A DNA stretch of 64,000 bases from a bacterium (GTDB taxonomy: Bacteria > UBA8248). Below the pieces are notes generated by a model. It searched no databases. It saw only the letters and a program-made list of their open reading frames with translations, and had not been told where the DNA came from. A program made the position numbers and the translations under genes. Of the stretch, positions 47,367-56,970 are shown piece after piece. How positions within the stretch are numbered: the stretch's first letter is position 1; every line of letters starts with the position of its first letter. The stretch covers positions 1,696,001 through 1,760,000 of the forward strand of contig OZ241326.1 of the NCBI GenBank assembly GCA_965199855.1. The letters are read 5' to 3'.

Positions 47367-47846
47367 ATGAGGGTTCGGAAAATCAAGTTTCTCATCGCAG
47401 GCGCCGTCATCCTGAGCGCGTTCGCCTGGCTGGGCGTATCGGGGTTTCAGAGCGAGAATCTCGTCTATTTCCTGACCGTGGACGAGGCGTCGCGCAAAGC
47501 GCCGACCCTGGGCGGCCGCGGCGTCCGCGTGCAGGGGAAGATTGTCCCGCGAACGCTCCTGAAGAATCCCGACGCCATGCAGCTCGCCTTTCACATGCAG
47601 GGGGAGAACCGCACCCTGGCGGTAAGCTACAGGGGGGTTCCCCCCGATTTGCTCGAAAACGGATTTCCGGTCATCGCCGAGGGCAGGTTCAACGAGAAGG
47701 GCGTCCTGGTGGCGAAGAATCTGATGGTCGCGTGCCCCTCGAAATTCGAGGAGATGAAGGAGGCGGGCGAGAGCATTCCGGCGAATCACGGGAATTTGAT
47801 GGAAGAGGCCGGGAAGCGAAAGGCCGCGCCGCCCGCCGCCCGATAG
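47367..47846 (+). CDS. ccmE: Cytochrome c maturation heme chaperone CcmE (Cys variant)
   Basis: N-terminal TM, VYFLTV, VRVQG, V.YRG.PPD, VIAEG, ACPSKF. Confidence 0.9.
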   Translation: MRVRKIKFLIAGAVILSAFAWLGVSGFQSENLVYFLTVDEASRKAPTLGGRGVRVQGKIVPRTLLKNPDAMQLAFHMQGENRTLAVSYRGVPPDLLENGFPVIAEGRFNEKGVLVAKNLMVACPSKFEEMKEAGESIPANHGNLMEEAGKRKAAPPAAR

Positions 47847-47926
47847 GCCCGGCCTCCCGCTGAAGGGCCCTTGCGAAGCCTTCTGCGGCGCGCTGAGAGT
47901 CCGCTCCCCCCGGAGGTTTTGTTTCG

Positions 47927-49891
47927 TTGCTCGCCATTCAGTTCGGACACTACGGCCTGCTGGCGTCGTTCGTCCTGGCCGCGTTCGGCGTCTGCGCCTC
48001 CGTCGTCGGCGCGCGAAGGTGCAGGGCCCGCCTCGTCGCCGCGGGCCGAAACGCCGCCGTCTGCGTTTTCGCGCTGGTGAGCGGCGCGAGCGCGGCGCTC
48101 GTCTGGCTTCTCATGGCGCGGGACTACCGCGTCGAGTACGTGGCGGGGCACGTCAACAACACGCTGAACGGCTTCTACCGCTTCAGCGCGTTCTGGGGAG
48201 GGCAGGAGGGCAGCCTCCTCCTCTGGCTTCTGCTCCTGTGCGCGTATTCGTTCATCGTCATCCGTCAGAACCGCGACAGGAACCTGGAACTGATGCCCTA
48301 TGTGACGGCCACGCTCATGGTCACGGCGCTGTTCTTCCTGGTCATCCTGAACTTCGTCACTCCGCCCTTCGATACGCTCGCCGCCCCGCCGGCGGACGGG
48401 CGCGGCCTGAACCCCCTCCTTCAGGACTGGGGGATGGTCATCCACCCGCCCAACCTGTATCTGGGCTACGTGGGCTTCGCCGTGCCCTTCGCCTTCTGCA
48501 TCGGCGCGCTGGCCAGCGGCAGGCTCGACGCCGACTGGATCGCCGCGACGCGCCGCTGGACGCTGTTCGCCTGGTTCTTCAACGGGACGGGCATTCTGCT
48601 GGGCGGCGCCTGGGCCTACAAGGAACTGGGCTGGGGCGGATACTGGGCGTGGGACCCGGTGGAGAACGCGAGCCTCATGCCCTGGCTCACGGGAACCGCC
48701 TTTCTCCACTCGGTGATGATTCAGGAGAAGCGCGGGATGCTCAAGGTCTGGAACGTCTCGCTCATCATCATCACCTACGGGCTTACGATATTCGGCACCT
48801 TTCTGACGAGAAGCGGCATCATCTCGAGCGTGCACGCATTCGCGAACTCCTCGTTCGGCTGGGCGTTTCTGGTCTATCTGTTGGCGGCGCTGATCGTCTC
48901 CTTCGGGCTGATGATATGGCGTCTGCCCCTCCTCCAGAGCGAGCACGAGATGGAGAGCTTCTTCTCGCGCGAGGCGAGCTTTCTGCTCAACAACGTCGTG
49001 CTCGTGGGCATGACGTTCGCCGTCTTCTGGGGGACGATTTTTCCGGTCGTCTCCGAAGCCGTGAAGGGCGTCAAGGTCACCGTCGGGCCGCCCTTTTTCA
49101 ATCAGGTGAACGCGCCCATCGGCCTTTTGCTGATCCTCCTCTGCGGCGCGGGCCCCCTTTTCGCGTGGCGCAAAACGTCCCGAAGGCAGATGAACCGGAG
49201 CTTCGCCTATCCCTCGGCGGCGGCCGTGGGCGCTCTTCTCACGCTCGCGCTCTTCGGGGTCCGGCACGTCTATGCGGCGCTCGCCTTCTCCCTTTGCGCG
49301 TTCGTGGCGGGGACGATTCTCCTCGAGTATTGGAGGGGCGTCGCCTCGCGCGCGCGCCATCATGGGGAGGGCGTCGTCCGGGGCGCGTGGGAGCTCACCA
49401 TGCGCAACAAGCGGCGCTTCGGGGGCTACATCGTCCATCTGGGCATGGCGATATTGTTCGTGGGCGTGGCGGCCTCCTCCGCCTATCAGGAGGTGGGCGA
49501 GGTGCGCCTGCGCCTGGGCGAGAGCTTCGCCCTCGACGGCGTGCGGATGCGCTACGAGGGGATTCGCGAGAGCGCGACGCCGCAATACCGCTCTGCCTTC
49601 GCGCGCCTGGGCGTCTATCGGGCGGGGCGCCGCATCGGGGAGGTGGAGCCGGAGAAAAGGCTCTACTTCACGCCCCCGCAGCCGACGACGGAGCCGGGCA
49701 TCCGGCGCGGGGCGCGCTCGGACATCTACGCCGTCTTCGCCGAGGCGGATCGGGACGGGGCGGCCACGTTCAAGTTCATGGTCAACCCGCTGGTCAACTG
49801 GGTGTGGGCGGGCGGTGTGGTCTTCGCTCTCGGCTCGCTCGTCTGCTTCCTGCCCGAACGCTGGGGACGGCGGAGGAAAAGGATCGTCTGA
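47927..49891 (+). CDS. ccmF: Cytochrome c heme lyase CcmF
   Basis: WGGQEGSLLLW, GLNPLLQ, IHPP, WGGYWAWDPVENASLMPWL, SVHAF, NPLVNWVW. Confidence 0.95.
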   Translation: MLAIQFGHYGLLASFVLAAFGVCASVVGARRCRARLVAAGRNAAVCVFALVSGASAALVWLLMARDYRVEYVAGHVNNTLNGFYRFSAFWGGQEGSLLLWLLLLCAYSFIVIRQNRDRNLELMPYVTATLMVTALFFLVILNFVTPPFDTLAAPPADGRGLNPLLQDWGMVIHPPNLYLGYVGFAVPFAFCIGALASGRLDADWIAATRRWTLFAWFFNGTGILLGGAWAYKELGWGGYWAWDPVENASLMPWLTGTAFLHSVMIQEKRGMLKVWNVSLIIITYGLTIFGTFLTRSGIISSVHAFANSSFGWAFLVYLLAALIVSFGLMIWRLPLLQSEHEMESFFSREASFLLNNVVLVGMTFAVFWGTIFPVVSEAVKGVKVTVGPPFFNQVNAPIGLLLILLCGAGPLFAWRKTSRRQMNRSFAYPSAAAVGALLTLALFGVRHVYAALAFSLCAFVAGTILLEYWRGVASRARHHGEGVVRGAWELTMRNKRRFGGYIVHLGMAILFVGVAASSAYQEVGEVRLRLGESFALDGVRMRYEGIRESATPQYRSAFARLGVYRAGRRIGEVEPEKRLYFTPPQPTTEPGIRRGARSDIYAVFAEADRDGAATFKFMVNPLVNWVWAGGVVFALGSLVCFLPERWGRRRKRIV

Positions 49892-49894
49892 AGG

Positions 49895-50503
49895 ATGGAG
49901 ATTCTGACCTTCCTCATCGTGGGCGGGGCCATCGGCGGCGCCTTTCTCTATACCGTCTGGCCCATCGCGCGTCCGCAGGCGGCCGCGGGCGTCCTGCCGG
50001 ACGAGGAGGGCGCGGGGCCGCCTTCGCGCCGGGAGCTGGCGCGCCTGCTGATGGACAGGGAGCAGGCCTACCGGAACATCATGGACATCGAGTTCGACAG
50101 GGAGATGGGAAAGCTCTCGGATGAGGATTACGCCGGAATGATGGCGCCCGCCCGCGCCCGGGCGGTGGAGGCGCTCAGACGCCTCGACGCCAGAGGCGTG
50201 AAGGAGGGGATGACGCCCCTGCGTCTGAACGAGCGCGAGGCGGCGCAGGCGGCCGACCGAATCGAGGGAGCCCCCCCGCTCGCCTTGAGGGGCGGCGCGG
50301 TCGAACAATCGCTCGACGAGCGGCTGGAGGCGGAGATTCTTCAATACAGAAGGACCCCGGACGAGGCGGGGCGCTTCTCATCCGGGGACGCTCCGCCGGA
50401 CGATAGGGATGAGAAAAAGAAGCGGCGGTTTTGCGCCTCATGCGGGCGCGCCGCGACCGAAGCGGACAATTTCTGCGCCGCCTGCGGACATCGGCTGAAT
50501 TGA
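49895..50503 (+). CDS. CcmI-N-like membrane protein with a C-terminal zinc ribbon
   Basis: N-terminal TM; I.DIEFD.EMGKLS.EDY motif; FCASCG...NFCAACG. Confidence 0.7.
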   Translation: MEILTFLIVGGAIGGAFLYTVWPIARPQAAAGVLPDEEGAGPPSRRELARLLMDREQAYRNIMDIEFDREMGKLSDEDYAGMMAPARARAVEALRRLDARGVKEGMTPLRLNEREAAQAADRIEGAPPLALRGGAVEQSLDERLEAEILQYRRTPDEAGRFSSGDAPPDDRDEKKKRRFCASCGRAATEADNFCAACGHRLN

Positions 50504-51402
50504 AGCGCGTCCGTCTCGTCCGAATCGCTATCGCCCTGTCGCTGCCCCTCGTCGGCGCGCACTGGGGGTTCTCCCACGCGCAGCCGGCGAAGCTCGATGC
50601 CGCCCCTCCCCGCGGGAAGGCCGAAAGCCCCGCCGCCGAGACGACGGACCTCTCCCGACTCAGGCTCAGGAGCAACGTTCTCGCCATCCGGCTGGAGAAG
50701 GGGTTTTTCGAGGTGGTGGAGATGCTGGATTTCGAGAACGAGGGAAGCGCCGCCATCGTCTCGAAAGACGGCGCGCCCACGCTCAGGTTCGCCCTGCCCA
50801 GAAGCAGCAATATAAGGAATCCCAGGGCGCGCTGGAGCGCGGCGCCCGTCGGCCTCGACCAGAAATTCCTCACGTCCGCCGGGGATGAGCTGCGGACGAG
50901 CGAGCCGATCCCCCCGGGGCGGAAATTCGTCGTCCTCACCTATCGGCTGGCGGATGAGTTCGGCGGCATCCGCGTGGAGAAGCCGATTCTCTACGACACG
51001 GGGAACTTCGCCGTTCTGCCCGAGAAGGGGCTCGTGCAGGCCTCCGTACCGGGCTTTTCCGCCGCGCCCGCCCTGACGCTTCAGAACAGGGAATACGAGC
51101 GCTTCGCCGGGGCCGTCAGAACCGGCGCGGTCGTGCGCATCGACATGCAGGCGCCGGATTCGACGGGCGGCTTGGGAATTTTCTACGTTGTGGGCGGCCT
51201 CGCGGCCGCGTCGGGTCTGGGGCTGGGCTTCTATATCCGGAAGAGGAGGAGCGCGGCCCTCTCCGCGCAGGCGGAGCGCGAGGAGACGCTGCGCGCCATC
51301 GCCCTGCTCGACGATCGCTTGGCCCAAGGGGAGATTTCTCCCGATGAGCACGCCCGCGCGCGCGCGCCGCGCTTCGAGCGCCTCCGGGAACTCTCCGCCT
51401 GA
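50500..51402 (+). CDS. Hypothetical exported/membrane protein in the ccm cluster
   Basis: Signal-like N-terminus, beta-rich middle, C-terminal TM then IALLDD.L..GEISPDEH; TTG start overlaps the previous stop. Confidence 0.65.
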   Translation: MKRVRLVRIAIALSLPLVGAHWGFSHAQPAKLDAAPPRGKAESPAAETTDLSRLRLRSNVLAIRLEKGFFEVVEMLDFENEGSAAIVSKDGAPTLRFALPRSSNIRNPRARWSAAPVGLDQKFLTSAGDELRTSEPIPPGRKFVVLTYRLADEFGGIRVEKPILYDTGNFAVLPEKGLVQASVPGFSAAPALTLQNREYERFAGAVRTGAVVRIDMQAPDSTGGLGIFYVVGGLAAASGLGLGFYIRKRRSAALSAQAEREETLRAIALLDDRLAQGEISPDEHARARAPRFERLRELSA

Positions 51403-51415
51403 GAGGGCGAACGCC

Positions 51416-52120
51416 ATGCTGGAGGCTCTGGGCGTATCCAGACGATACGGATGGCGGTGGGCGCTCCGGGACGCGAGCCTCGCCCTCGCTCCCGGCGAGA
51501 CGCTCGCCGTTCTGGGAAAAAACGGATCGGGCAAGACCACGCTTCTCAAAACGCTCGCCGGCCTGCTGCGGCCCACGCGGGGGGAGGTGCGCGTCGGCGG
51601 CGAGCCGCTTTCGCGCGGGGCGAAGGCGCGCATCGGCCTGCTCTCGCACGAGCCCATGCTCTACGAGGGGCTGACGATGCGGGAGAACCTCGCATACGCC
51701 GCCAGGCTCTTCGGGGTGGGACGCGCGGAGGCCCGGGAGCGGATGAACGCCCTGGCGGAGGCGCTCGGCGTCTCGGAGCGCCTCGACGAGCCCGCGCGCG
51801 CCCTGAGCCGGGGCCTTGCGCAGAGGGCGGCGCTCGCTCGCGCGCTTTTGCACGAGCCCGACGTCGTGTTGCTCGATGAGCCTTTTTCGGGCTTGGACCC
51901 GGAGGCCGCCGGACGCCTGGAGGGCGTCGCGCGCGCCCTTTGCGGGCGCGAGGGGCGCGTCGTGGCGTTCACGACGCACGACGTTTCGAGAGCCTTCGGG
52001 ATGGCGGACAGAATCGTCGTTTTGGCCGGAGGACGCCTCGTCCATGACGCGGAAGCCGGGGATTCCGGACGGGAGGAAGCCCTGTCCGCGTTCGATGAAC
52101 GCCCTGCGAGCGCGGGATGA
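51416..52120 (+). CDS. ccmA: Heme exporter ATP-binding protein CcmA
   Basis: GKNGSGKTT, LSRGLAQR, LLDEPFSGLD, TTH; ccm context. Confidence 0.9.
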   Translation: MLEALGVSRRYGWRWALRDASLALAPGETLAVLGKNGSGKTTLLKTLAGLLRPTRGEVRVGGEPLSRGAKARIGLLSHEPMLYEGLTMRENLAYAARLFGVGRAEARERMNALAEALGVSERLDEPARALSRGLAQRAALARALLHEPDVVLLDEPFSGLDPEAAGRLEGVARALCGREGRVVAFTTHDVSRAFGMADRIVVLAGGRLVHDAEAGDSGREEALSAFDERPASAG

Positions 52121-52806
52121 AACGCTTTTTCTCCGTCTTTTTCGCGGCGGCGGAGAAAGATTTGCGCCTCGAGTGGCGGACGAGGGAGAGCGTCCTCCTC
52201 ATGGCGGTTTTCGCGCTCTTGACGCTCACGCTTTTCAGTTTCGCGCTCGGCCCGGGCGGAGGGGGGACGGAAGGGGCGCGCGCCGCGCAGGCGGGGGTTT
52301 TGTGGATAGCGTTTTTGTTCGCCTGCGTCCTCGGGCTTTCGCGCTCGATGGGCGTGGAGCGCGAAAGCGCGGGATTCTCGCTCATGCGCGCCAGCCCGGC
52401 CGAGCCCGCCGCGCTGTATCTGGGCAAGGTGGCGTCGATGGTCGTTCTGATGGGGGTCATGGAGCTGGCGGGCTTCGTCGCTCTCGCCGTTCTCTACCGG
52501 GCGGACGCCTGGAGCTCGGCGGGCGCGCTCGCTCTCGTCTCGGCCGCCGCCACCCCTGGAATCGCGGGCGCGGGCGCCCTGTTCTCCGCCATGAGCGCGC
52601 GGACGCGAACGCGCGAGGCGCTGCTGCCCGTTTTGATGTTTCCCGCCCTCGTTCCCGTTCTGATCGCCTCCGTGAAGGCGACCGAAGCCCATCTGGGCGG
52701 CGGCGGATGGGCGGACGCGAAGGATTGGCTTCGTCTGATCCTGGTGTATGATGCCGTGGTGCTGGTGGCCGCCTCGATGCTTTTTGAATATATTTTAGAG
52801 GAATAG
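52117..52806 (+). CDS. ccmB: Heme exporter permease CcmB
   Basis: KDLRLEWR, GVLWIA, LYLGK, LLPVL.FP..VPVLI. Confidence 0.92.
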   Translation: MKRFFSVFFAAAEKDLRLEWRTRESVLLMAVFALLTLTLFSFALGPGGGGTEGARAAQAGVLWIAFLFACVLGLSRSMGVERESAGFSLMRASPAEPAALYLGKVASMVVLMGVMELAGFVALAVLYRADAWSSAGALALVSAAATPGIAGAGALFSAMSARTRTREALLPVLMFPALVPVLIASVKATEAHLGGGGWADAKDWLRLILVYDAVVLVAASMLFEYILEE

Positions 52807-52900
52807 CATCAATGGATTGCGGGGCGGCTGCCCTAAAAACGCCTCATGTATCCGCGCAGGCGCCTCTCCGCAGGCCGGCCGCCGGCGGGAGGAGCGCCTG

Positions 52901-53596
52901 ATGCCCCGAAACGAGCGGGGAGCGCTCGCGTGGCTGCCGCCTCTCGCCCTGTGCCTGCTCGCCTTCGCCATTTTCGCGGATTTGTTCATCGCCGGAACGG
53001 ACAGGCTCCAGGGGCCTCCGCAGCGCATTTTCTACGTCCACGTTCCCTCGGCCTGGGTCGCGTTTTTCGCCTTTTTCCTGGTGTTCGTCTTCTCGATCAA
53101 ATATCTCGCCGCGCGGAAGAGGGACGACGACGTCCGGGCGCACGCCTGCGCGGAGGCGGGTGTCGTCTTCTGCACGCTGGTGCTGATCACCGGCCCGATA
53201 TGGGCGCGCCCGGTCTGGGGCGTGTGGTGGACGTGGGACGCGCGGCTCACCACCACGCTCATCCTGTGGATGATGTATGTGGGATACCTGATGCTGCGCG
53301 CCTACATGACGGAGCCGGAGCAGAGGGCGCGGTTCGCCGCCGTGCTGGGGATCGTCGCCTTCCTGAACGTGCCCATCGTGCACATGTCGGTGGAATGGTG
53401 GCGCACGCTGCATCCCGGGCCGGTGGTGATGCGCTCGGGCGGTCTCGGCGATCTGCCCGGCTCCATGCACGTCGCGCTGTGGAGCTCCCTGCTGGCCTTC
53501 GCGCTCCTGTTCGCGTGCTTCGTCCGGAAGCGCGCGCGAATCGAGCGCCTCAACGTTCGGGTGGAGGAGGCGCGCGCCGCGCGGGAGGGAGGCTGA
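52901..53596 (+). CDS. ccmC: Heme exporter/delivery protein CcmC
   Basis: RIFYVHVPSAW, WARPVWGVWWTWDARLT (WWD domain), WWRTLHP. Confidence 0.94.
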   Translation: MPRNERGALAWLPPLALCLLAFAIFADLFIAGTDRLQGPPQRIFYVHVPSAWVAFFAFFLVFVFSIKYLAARKRDDDVRAHACAEAGVVFCTLVLITGPIWARPVWGVWWTWDARLTTTLILWMMYVGYLMLRAYMTEPEQRARFAAVLGIVAFLNVPIVHMSVEWWRTLHPGPVVMRSGGLGDLPGSMHVALWSSLLAFALLFACFVRKRARIERLNVRVEEARAAREGG

Positions 53597-53727
53597 TGGG
53601 CTACGTGACGGCGGCCTACGTCGTCGTTCTGGGCGGGTTCGCGCTTTACTGGTGGACGCTCAGGGCGCGGATGGATGCCTTGCGGGAGGAGGAGAGGAAG
53701 CTCGGGAGCAAGGGAGGCTCCAGGTGA
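53596..53727 (+). CDS. ccmD: CcmD-like small membrane protein (43 aa)
   Basis: MGYVTAAYVVVLGGFALYWWTLRAR..., hydrophobic then charged; overlaps the ccmC stop and ccmH start. Confidence 0.8.
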   Translation: MGYVTAAYVVVLGGFALYWWTLRARMDALREEERKLGSKGGSR

Positions 53728-54212
53728 CGCGTTTCTGGATCGTCCTGTGTCTGCTGGCCGTCTTGTGTCCGTCCCCGACGGCGGGGGCCGCCTCGCCGGG
53801 GGCGAAGACGACTTTCTCCGAGGTGGCGGGCGCCCTTATGAGTCCCGTCTGTCCGGGGAAGCTGCTGGGCGACTGCCCGAGCAGCGAGGGGGCGCAGCTG
53901 CGCGAGCTCGTGCGCCGCAAGATATTCGCCGGGGAGACGAAAGAGCAGATCGTTCGGTATTTCGTCGAAGTCTATGGCCGGGAGGTCCTGCCGAAGCCGC
54001 CGGCGGAGGGCTTTTATCTGACCGCCTGGCTTCTTCCCGCCGCCGGTCTGCTGGCCGGCTTCGGCGTAGTGATCGTTCTGGTGAGGGCGTGGGCGAGACG
54101 CCCGGAAGAGGGGCGGCAAGGCGAGGGGAGGAGTGAGGCTCCGCAAGAGGCCGCTTCGGACGATTCCCTGGAAAGCCGCCTGCGGCGCGAACTGCGCGAT
54201 TTCGAGGCCTGA
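53724..54212 (+). CDS. ccmH: CcmH-like cytochrome c biogenesis protein
   Basis: Signal peptide, LMSPVCPG..L.DCPS, G.T.EQI..YFV..YG..VL..PP..G...AW.LP. Confidence 0.82.
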   Translation: MTRFWIVLCLLAVLCPSPTAGAASPGAKTTFSEVAGALMSPVCPGKLLGDCPSSEGAQLRELVRRKIFAGETKEQIVRYFVEVYGREVLPKPPAEGFYLTAWLLPAAGLLAGFGVVIVLVRAWARRPEEGRQGEGRSEAPQEAASDDSLESRLRRELRDFEA

Positions 54213-54248
54213 GCCGCCGTTCTCCCCCGATCCGCCCGGAGTTTTTCG

Positions 54249-54956
54249 ATGCCCTACGTTCCCAAAGCCGAAATCGCCAGAAATATCGACGGCATGGACA
54301 GGTCCCGCCGGGAGCGATCCCGCCGAATCTCCGCGTGGAGGCTCATCGGCATGTGCTTGAGCCTCGTTCTCGTGGTTTGGGCGATGACGCATTTCGGGGA
54401 ATGGGGTCGGCGAACCGAAGCGCCCGCGCCGAAAACGGAGCGAAAGCGGGAGGCGGCCAGGCAGGCGGCGCCTCGGGCGGACGACGCCGACCTGTTCCGG
54501 GACATGAGCTTTCTGAGGCAGGCGAAGCGCGCCGAAGCTCCGGGCGTTTTTCTGAAAACGCTGGACGGGGGCGAGCGTTCCCCGGCGCGGCAGGAGGGAA
54601 AGATCGTCCTGATCAATTTCTGGGCGACGTGGTGCCAGCCCTGCGTTCGGGAGATGCCCTCCATCGAGCGGCTTTATCGCAAATACAAGGCGCGGGGGCT
54701 TGAAATCGTGGCGGTGTCGCTGGATCAGGGCGGGGCGGAGGAGGTGCGCGCGTTCGCCGGGAAGCTCGGGCTCACGTTTCCCATTCTCCTCGACCCCGGA
54801 CACGAGGCGAGGGCGCTTTACAAGGTTCGGGGCCTGCCGACGACCTATCTCGTGGACAGAAAGGGTCGGGTGGCGGGATACGGCATCGGGCCGCGCGAGT
54901 GGGACAGCGAGGCCGCCTACGCTCTGGTGGGGCATCTGTTGGATGAGAAAGGCTGA
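54249..54956 (+). CDS. TlpA/ResA (CcmG-like) thiol-disulfide oxidoreductase
   Basis: INFWATWCQPCVREMP, GLPTTYLVD. Confidence 0.9.
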   Translation: MPYVPKAEIARNIDGMDRSRRERSRRISAWRLIGMCLSLVLVVWAMTHFGEWGRRTEAPAPKTERKREAARQAAPRADDADLFRDMSFLRQAKRAEAPGVFLKTLDGGERSPARQEGKIVLINFWATWCQPCVREMPSIERLYRKYKARGLEIVAVSLDQGGAEEVRAFAGKLGLTFPILLDPGHEARALYKVRGLPTTYLVDRKGRVAGYGIGPREWDSEAAYALVGHLLDEKG

Positions 54957-55554
54957 AAGCGCTTCCGAAAATTCGGCGACCGCCCAGCGAAGGGCGAAGC
55001 GGCTGGCCGCTTCGTTCATTCTGGCGCCCGCGCTGCTCACGTTGCTCTGGGGGATGGGCGAGCGCCTGGCGACGGAGCGCGTCGAAAAAGCGCCCGCGCC
55101 CGCTCCCGAAATCGGCGGACCGGCGCCGCCGTTCGAGTATCCGCTTCTGGGCGGGGGACGCGCCTCTCTGGCGGGGCAGAGGGGCAAGGCGGCGCTCGTC
55201 AACGTGTGGGCTACCTGGTGCGCCCCGTGCCTGGAGGAAATGCCGGACCTGCAGCGCCTCTACGAGAGGATGAAGCGGGAGGGCGCGCCCTTCGAGATAC
55301 TGGCGGTGAGCATCGACGCCCTGGGCGCGGACGCGGTGGCGGGGTTCGTAGAGCGCTTCGGCCTCACGTTTCCGGTTCTCCTCGACCCGCGCGGAAGCAT
55401 CAGGAAGCTCTACCGCACCACCGGCGTGCCGGAAACCTTCATCGTGGACGCCCGGGGCCGCCTCCTGCGGAAAATCATCGGCGTCCGCAAGTGGGACGCT
55501 CCGGCTGTCGTCTCCTATCTCAAGCGGGCGGCCCGACTCGGCGAAAACTCATAG
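54943..55554 (+). CDS. TlpA/ResA (CcmG-like) thiol-disulfide oxidoreductase
   Basis: VNVWATWCAPCLEEMP, GVPETFIVD. Confidence 0.9.
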   Translation: MRKAESASENSATAQRRAKRLAASFILAPALLTLLWGMGERLATERVEKAPAPAPEIGGPAPPFEYPLLGGGRASLAGQRGKAALVNVWATWCAPCLEEMPDLQRLYERMKREGAPFEILAVSIDALGADAVAGFVERFGLTFPVLLDPRGSIRKLYRTTGVPETFIVDARGRLLRKIIGVRKWDAPAVVSYLKRAARLGENS

Positions 55555-55695
55555 CATCGCCGCTCCGCTGGCGGGAGAGGGCGGAAAGGCTCCGCGCCTT
55601 CCGGACGCCAGTCTGGTCGTCGTCCCTTCGCCTTCGCCGGACGGCGGAGGATTCTCCCGGCGCGGCGGCGAAACTCCCGCGCGCCCGTGAAGCGC

Positions 55696-56793
55696 CTACA
55701 GCTCGAAGCCCAGCCGCAGCTCCTCGTTCAGCCTTCGCATCTGCTCCAGGACGGCGGGCGTGATGGGGACGCCGATGCGCCTGTTCTCCTCCTCCGCCAT
55801 CGCCTCGGGCTCCCCGTGAATGTAGATGCGATCATGGCCGGGGGCTTTTTTCGCCCCCCGGATGGTCTCGAAAAGCCGCGCCATGTCCCCGAACGTGGCG
55901 GATGCGTCCCGGAAGCCGGACACCTTGATGGCGCCCATGAAGTGGCCCGTGGCGGATTTCGCCGCGCCGGCGGCCCCCGCCATGCGGCTCTCCAGCCCCG
56001 CGCCCGAGAGCGCGCCACAGAGAAGCTCGACCATCAGCTGGAGGCCGTAGCCCTTGTGGCCCCCGGTTTCGTCTCCCTCGCCGCCCAGAGGCGCCAGCGG
56101 CACCTCGTAGTTCAGGATGCTCTTCTCGTTCAGGGTGGGCGTCCCCATCGAGGAGAGCACCCAGCCCTCGGGGATTTCGCGGCCCTCCCGAAGCGCCGTC
56201 TCGATTTTGCCGACGGCGGTGACGGAGGTGGCCATGTCGAGGTGGAAATCGGTTCCTCCCGGCCCTCCGGGTATCGCCACGCTCATCGGGTTGGTGCCGA
56301 AGAGCGCCTCCGCCCCGAAGGTGGGGGCGGTGCGGCGTCCGCCGTTCGTCATGCTGATGCCGATGAAGCCCGCCTCCATCGCTTTCTTCGCCCAGTAGCC
56401 CGCGTAGCCGAAGTGGCTGCTGTTGCGGACGGTCACGAAGCCCGAGCCGCGCTTCTCCGCCATGGCGAGGGCCTCGTCCATCGCGCGGCTGGAGGCCACG
56501 ATGCCGATGGCGTCGTCCGCGTCGAGGAGGCCGGTGGTGTCGCTCCCCCGGTGGAACTTCATGTCGGGTCTGGCGTTCAGCACACCGTTCTCCAGCCGCA
56601 CCATGAAGAAGCTCAGGCGCGCCGCCCCGTGGCTGCGGATGCCCCGCAAATCGGCGCTCACGAGGACTTTCGCCACCAGCCTGGCGTCGTCCTCGGGCAC
56701 GTCCCTGTTGCGGAACAGGGCATAGACGAACTCTTCGATGACCTGCGCGGGAAAGCGCGCGGTGCCTTCTGGCAGCGGGCCGGACTCAACCAT
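55696..56793 (-). CDS. Ldh_2 family oxidoreductase
   Basis: ADLRGIRSHG, NSSHFG, GTNP, LDMATS, GHKGYGL. Confidence 0.9.
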   Translation of the reverse strand: MVESGPLPEGTARFPAQVIEEFVYALFRNRDVPEDDARLVAKVLVSADLRGIRSHGAARLSFFMVRLENGVLNARPDMKFHRGSDTTGLLDADDAIGIVASSRAMDEALAMAEKRGSGFVTVRNSSHFGYAGYWAKKAMEAGFIGISMTNGGRRTAPTFGAEALFGTNPMSVAIPGGPGGTDFHLDMATSVTAVGKIETALREGREIPEGWVLSSMGTPTLNEKSILNYEVPLAPLGGEGDETGGHKGYGLQLMVELLCGALSGAGLESRMAGAAGAAKSATGHFMGAIKVSGFRDASATFGDMARLFETIRGAKKAPGHDRIYIHGEPEAMAEEENRRIGVPITPAVLEQMRRLNEELRLGFEL

Positions 56794-56970
56794 GAACCTC
56801 TCCTCGAAAATTTTCGGAATTTTTCGCCGACATGGTGAACGAGCCGCATCTTAGCCCGTTTCCGCGGCTTTCGGGAAGCCGCCGCCCCGCCGCGTCCCTC
56901 CTTGCGGGTCTCTCGCCTGTTTTGTCAAAATGCGCTTCTTTTCGCGGAATGCGACAGGGAAGGGAGTGCT

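Noticed and set aside
47786-50344. 852-aa minus-strand ORF
   Set aside because: Antisense shadow of ccmF.
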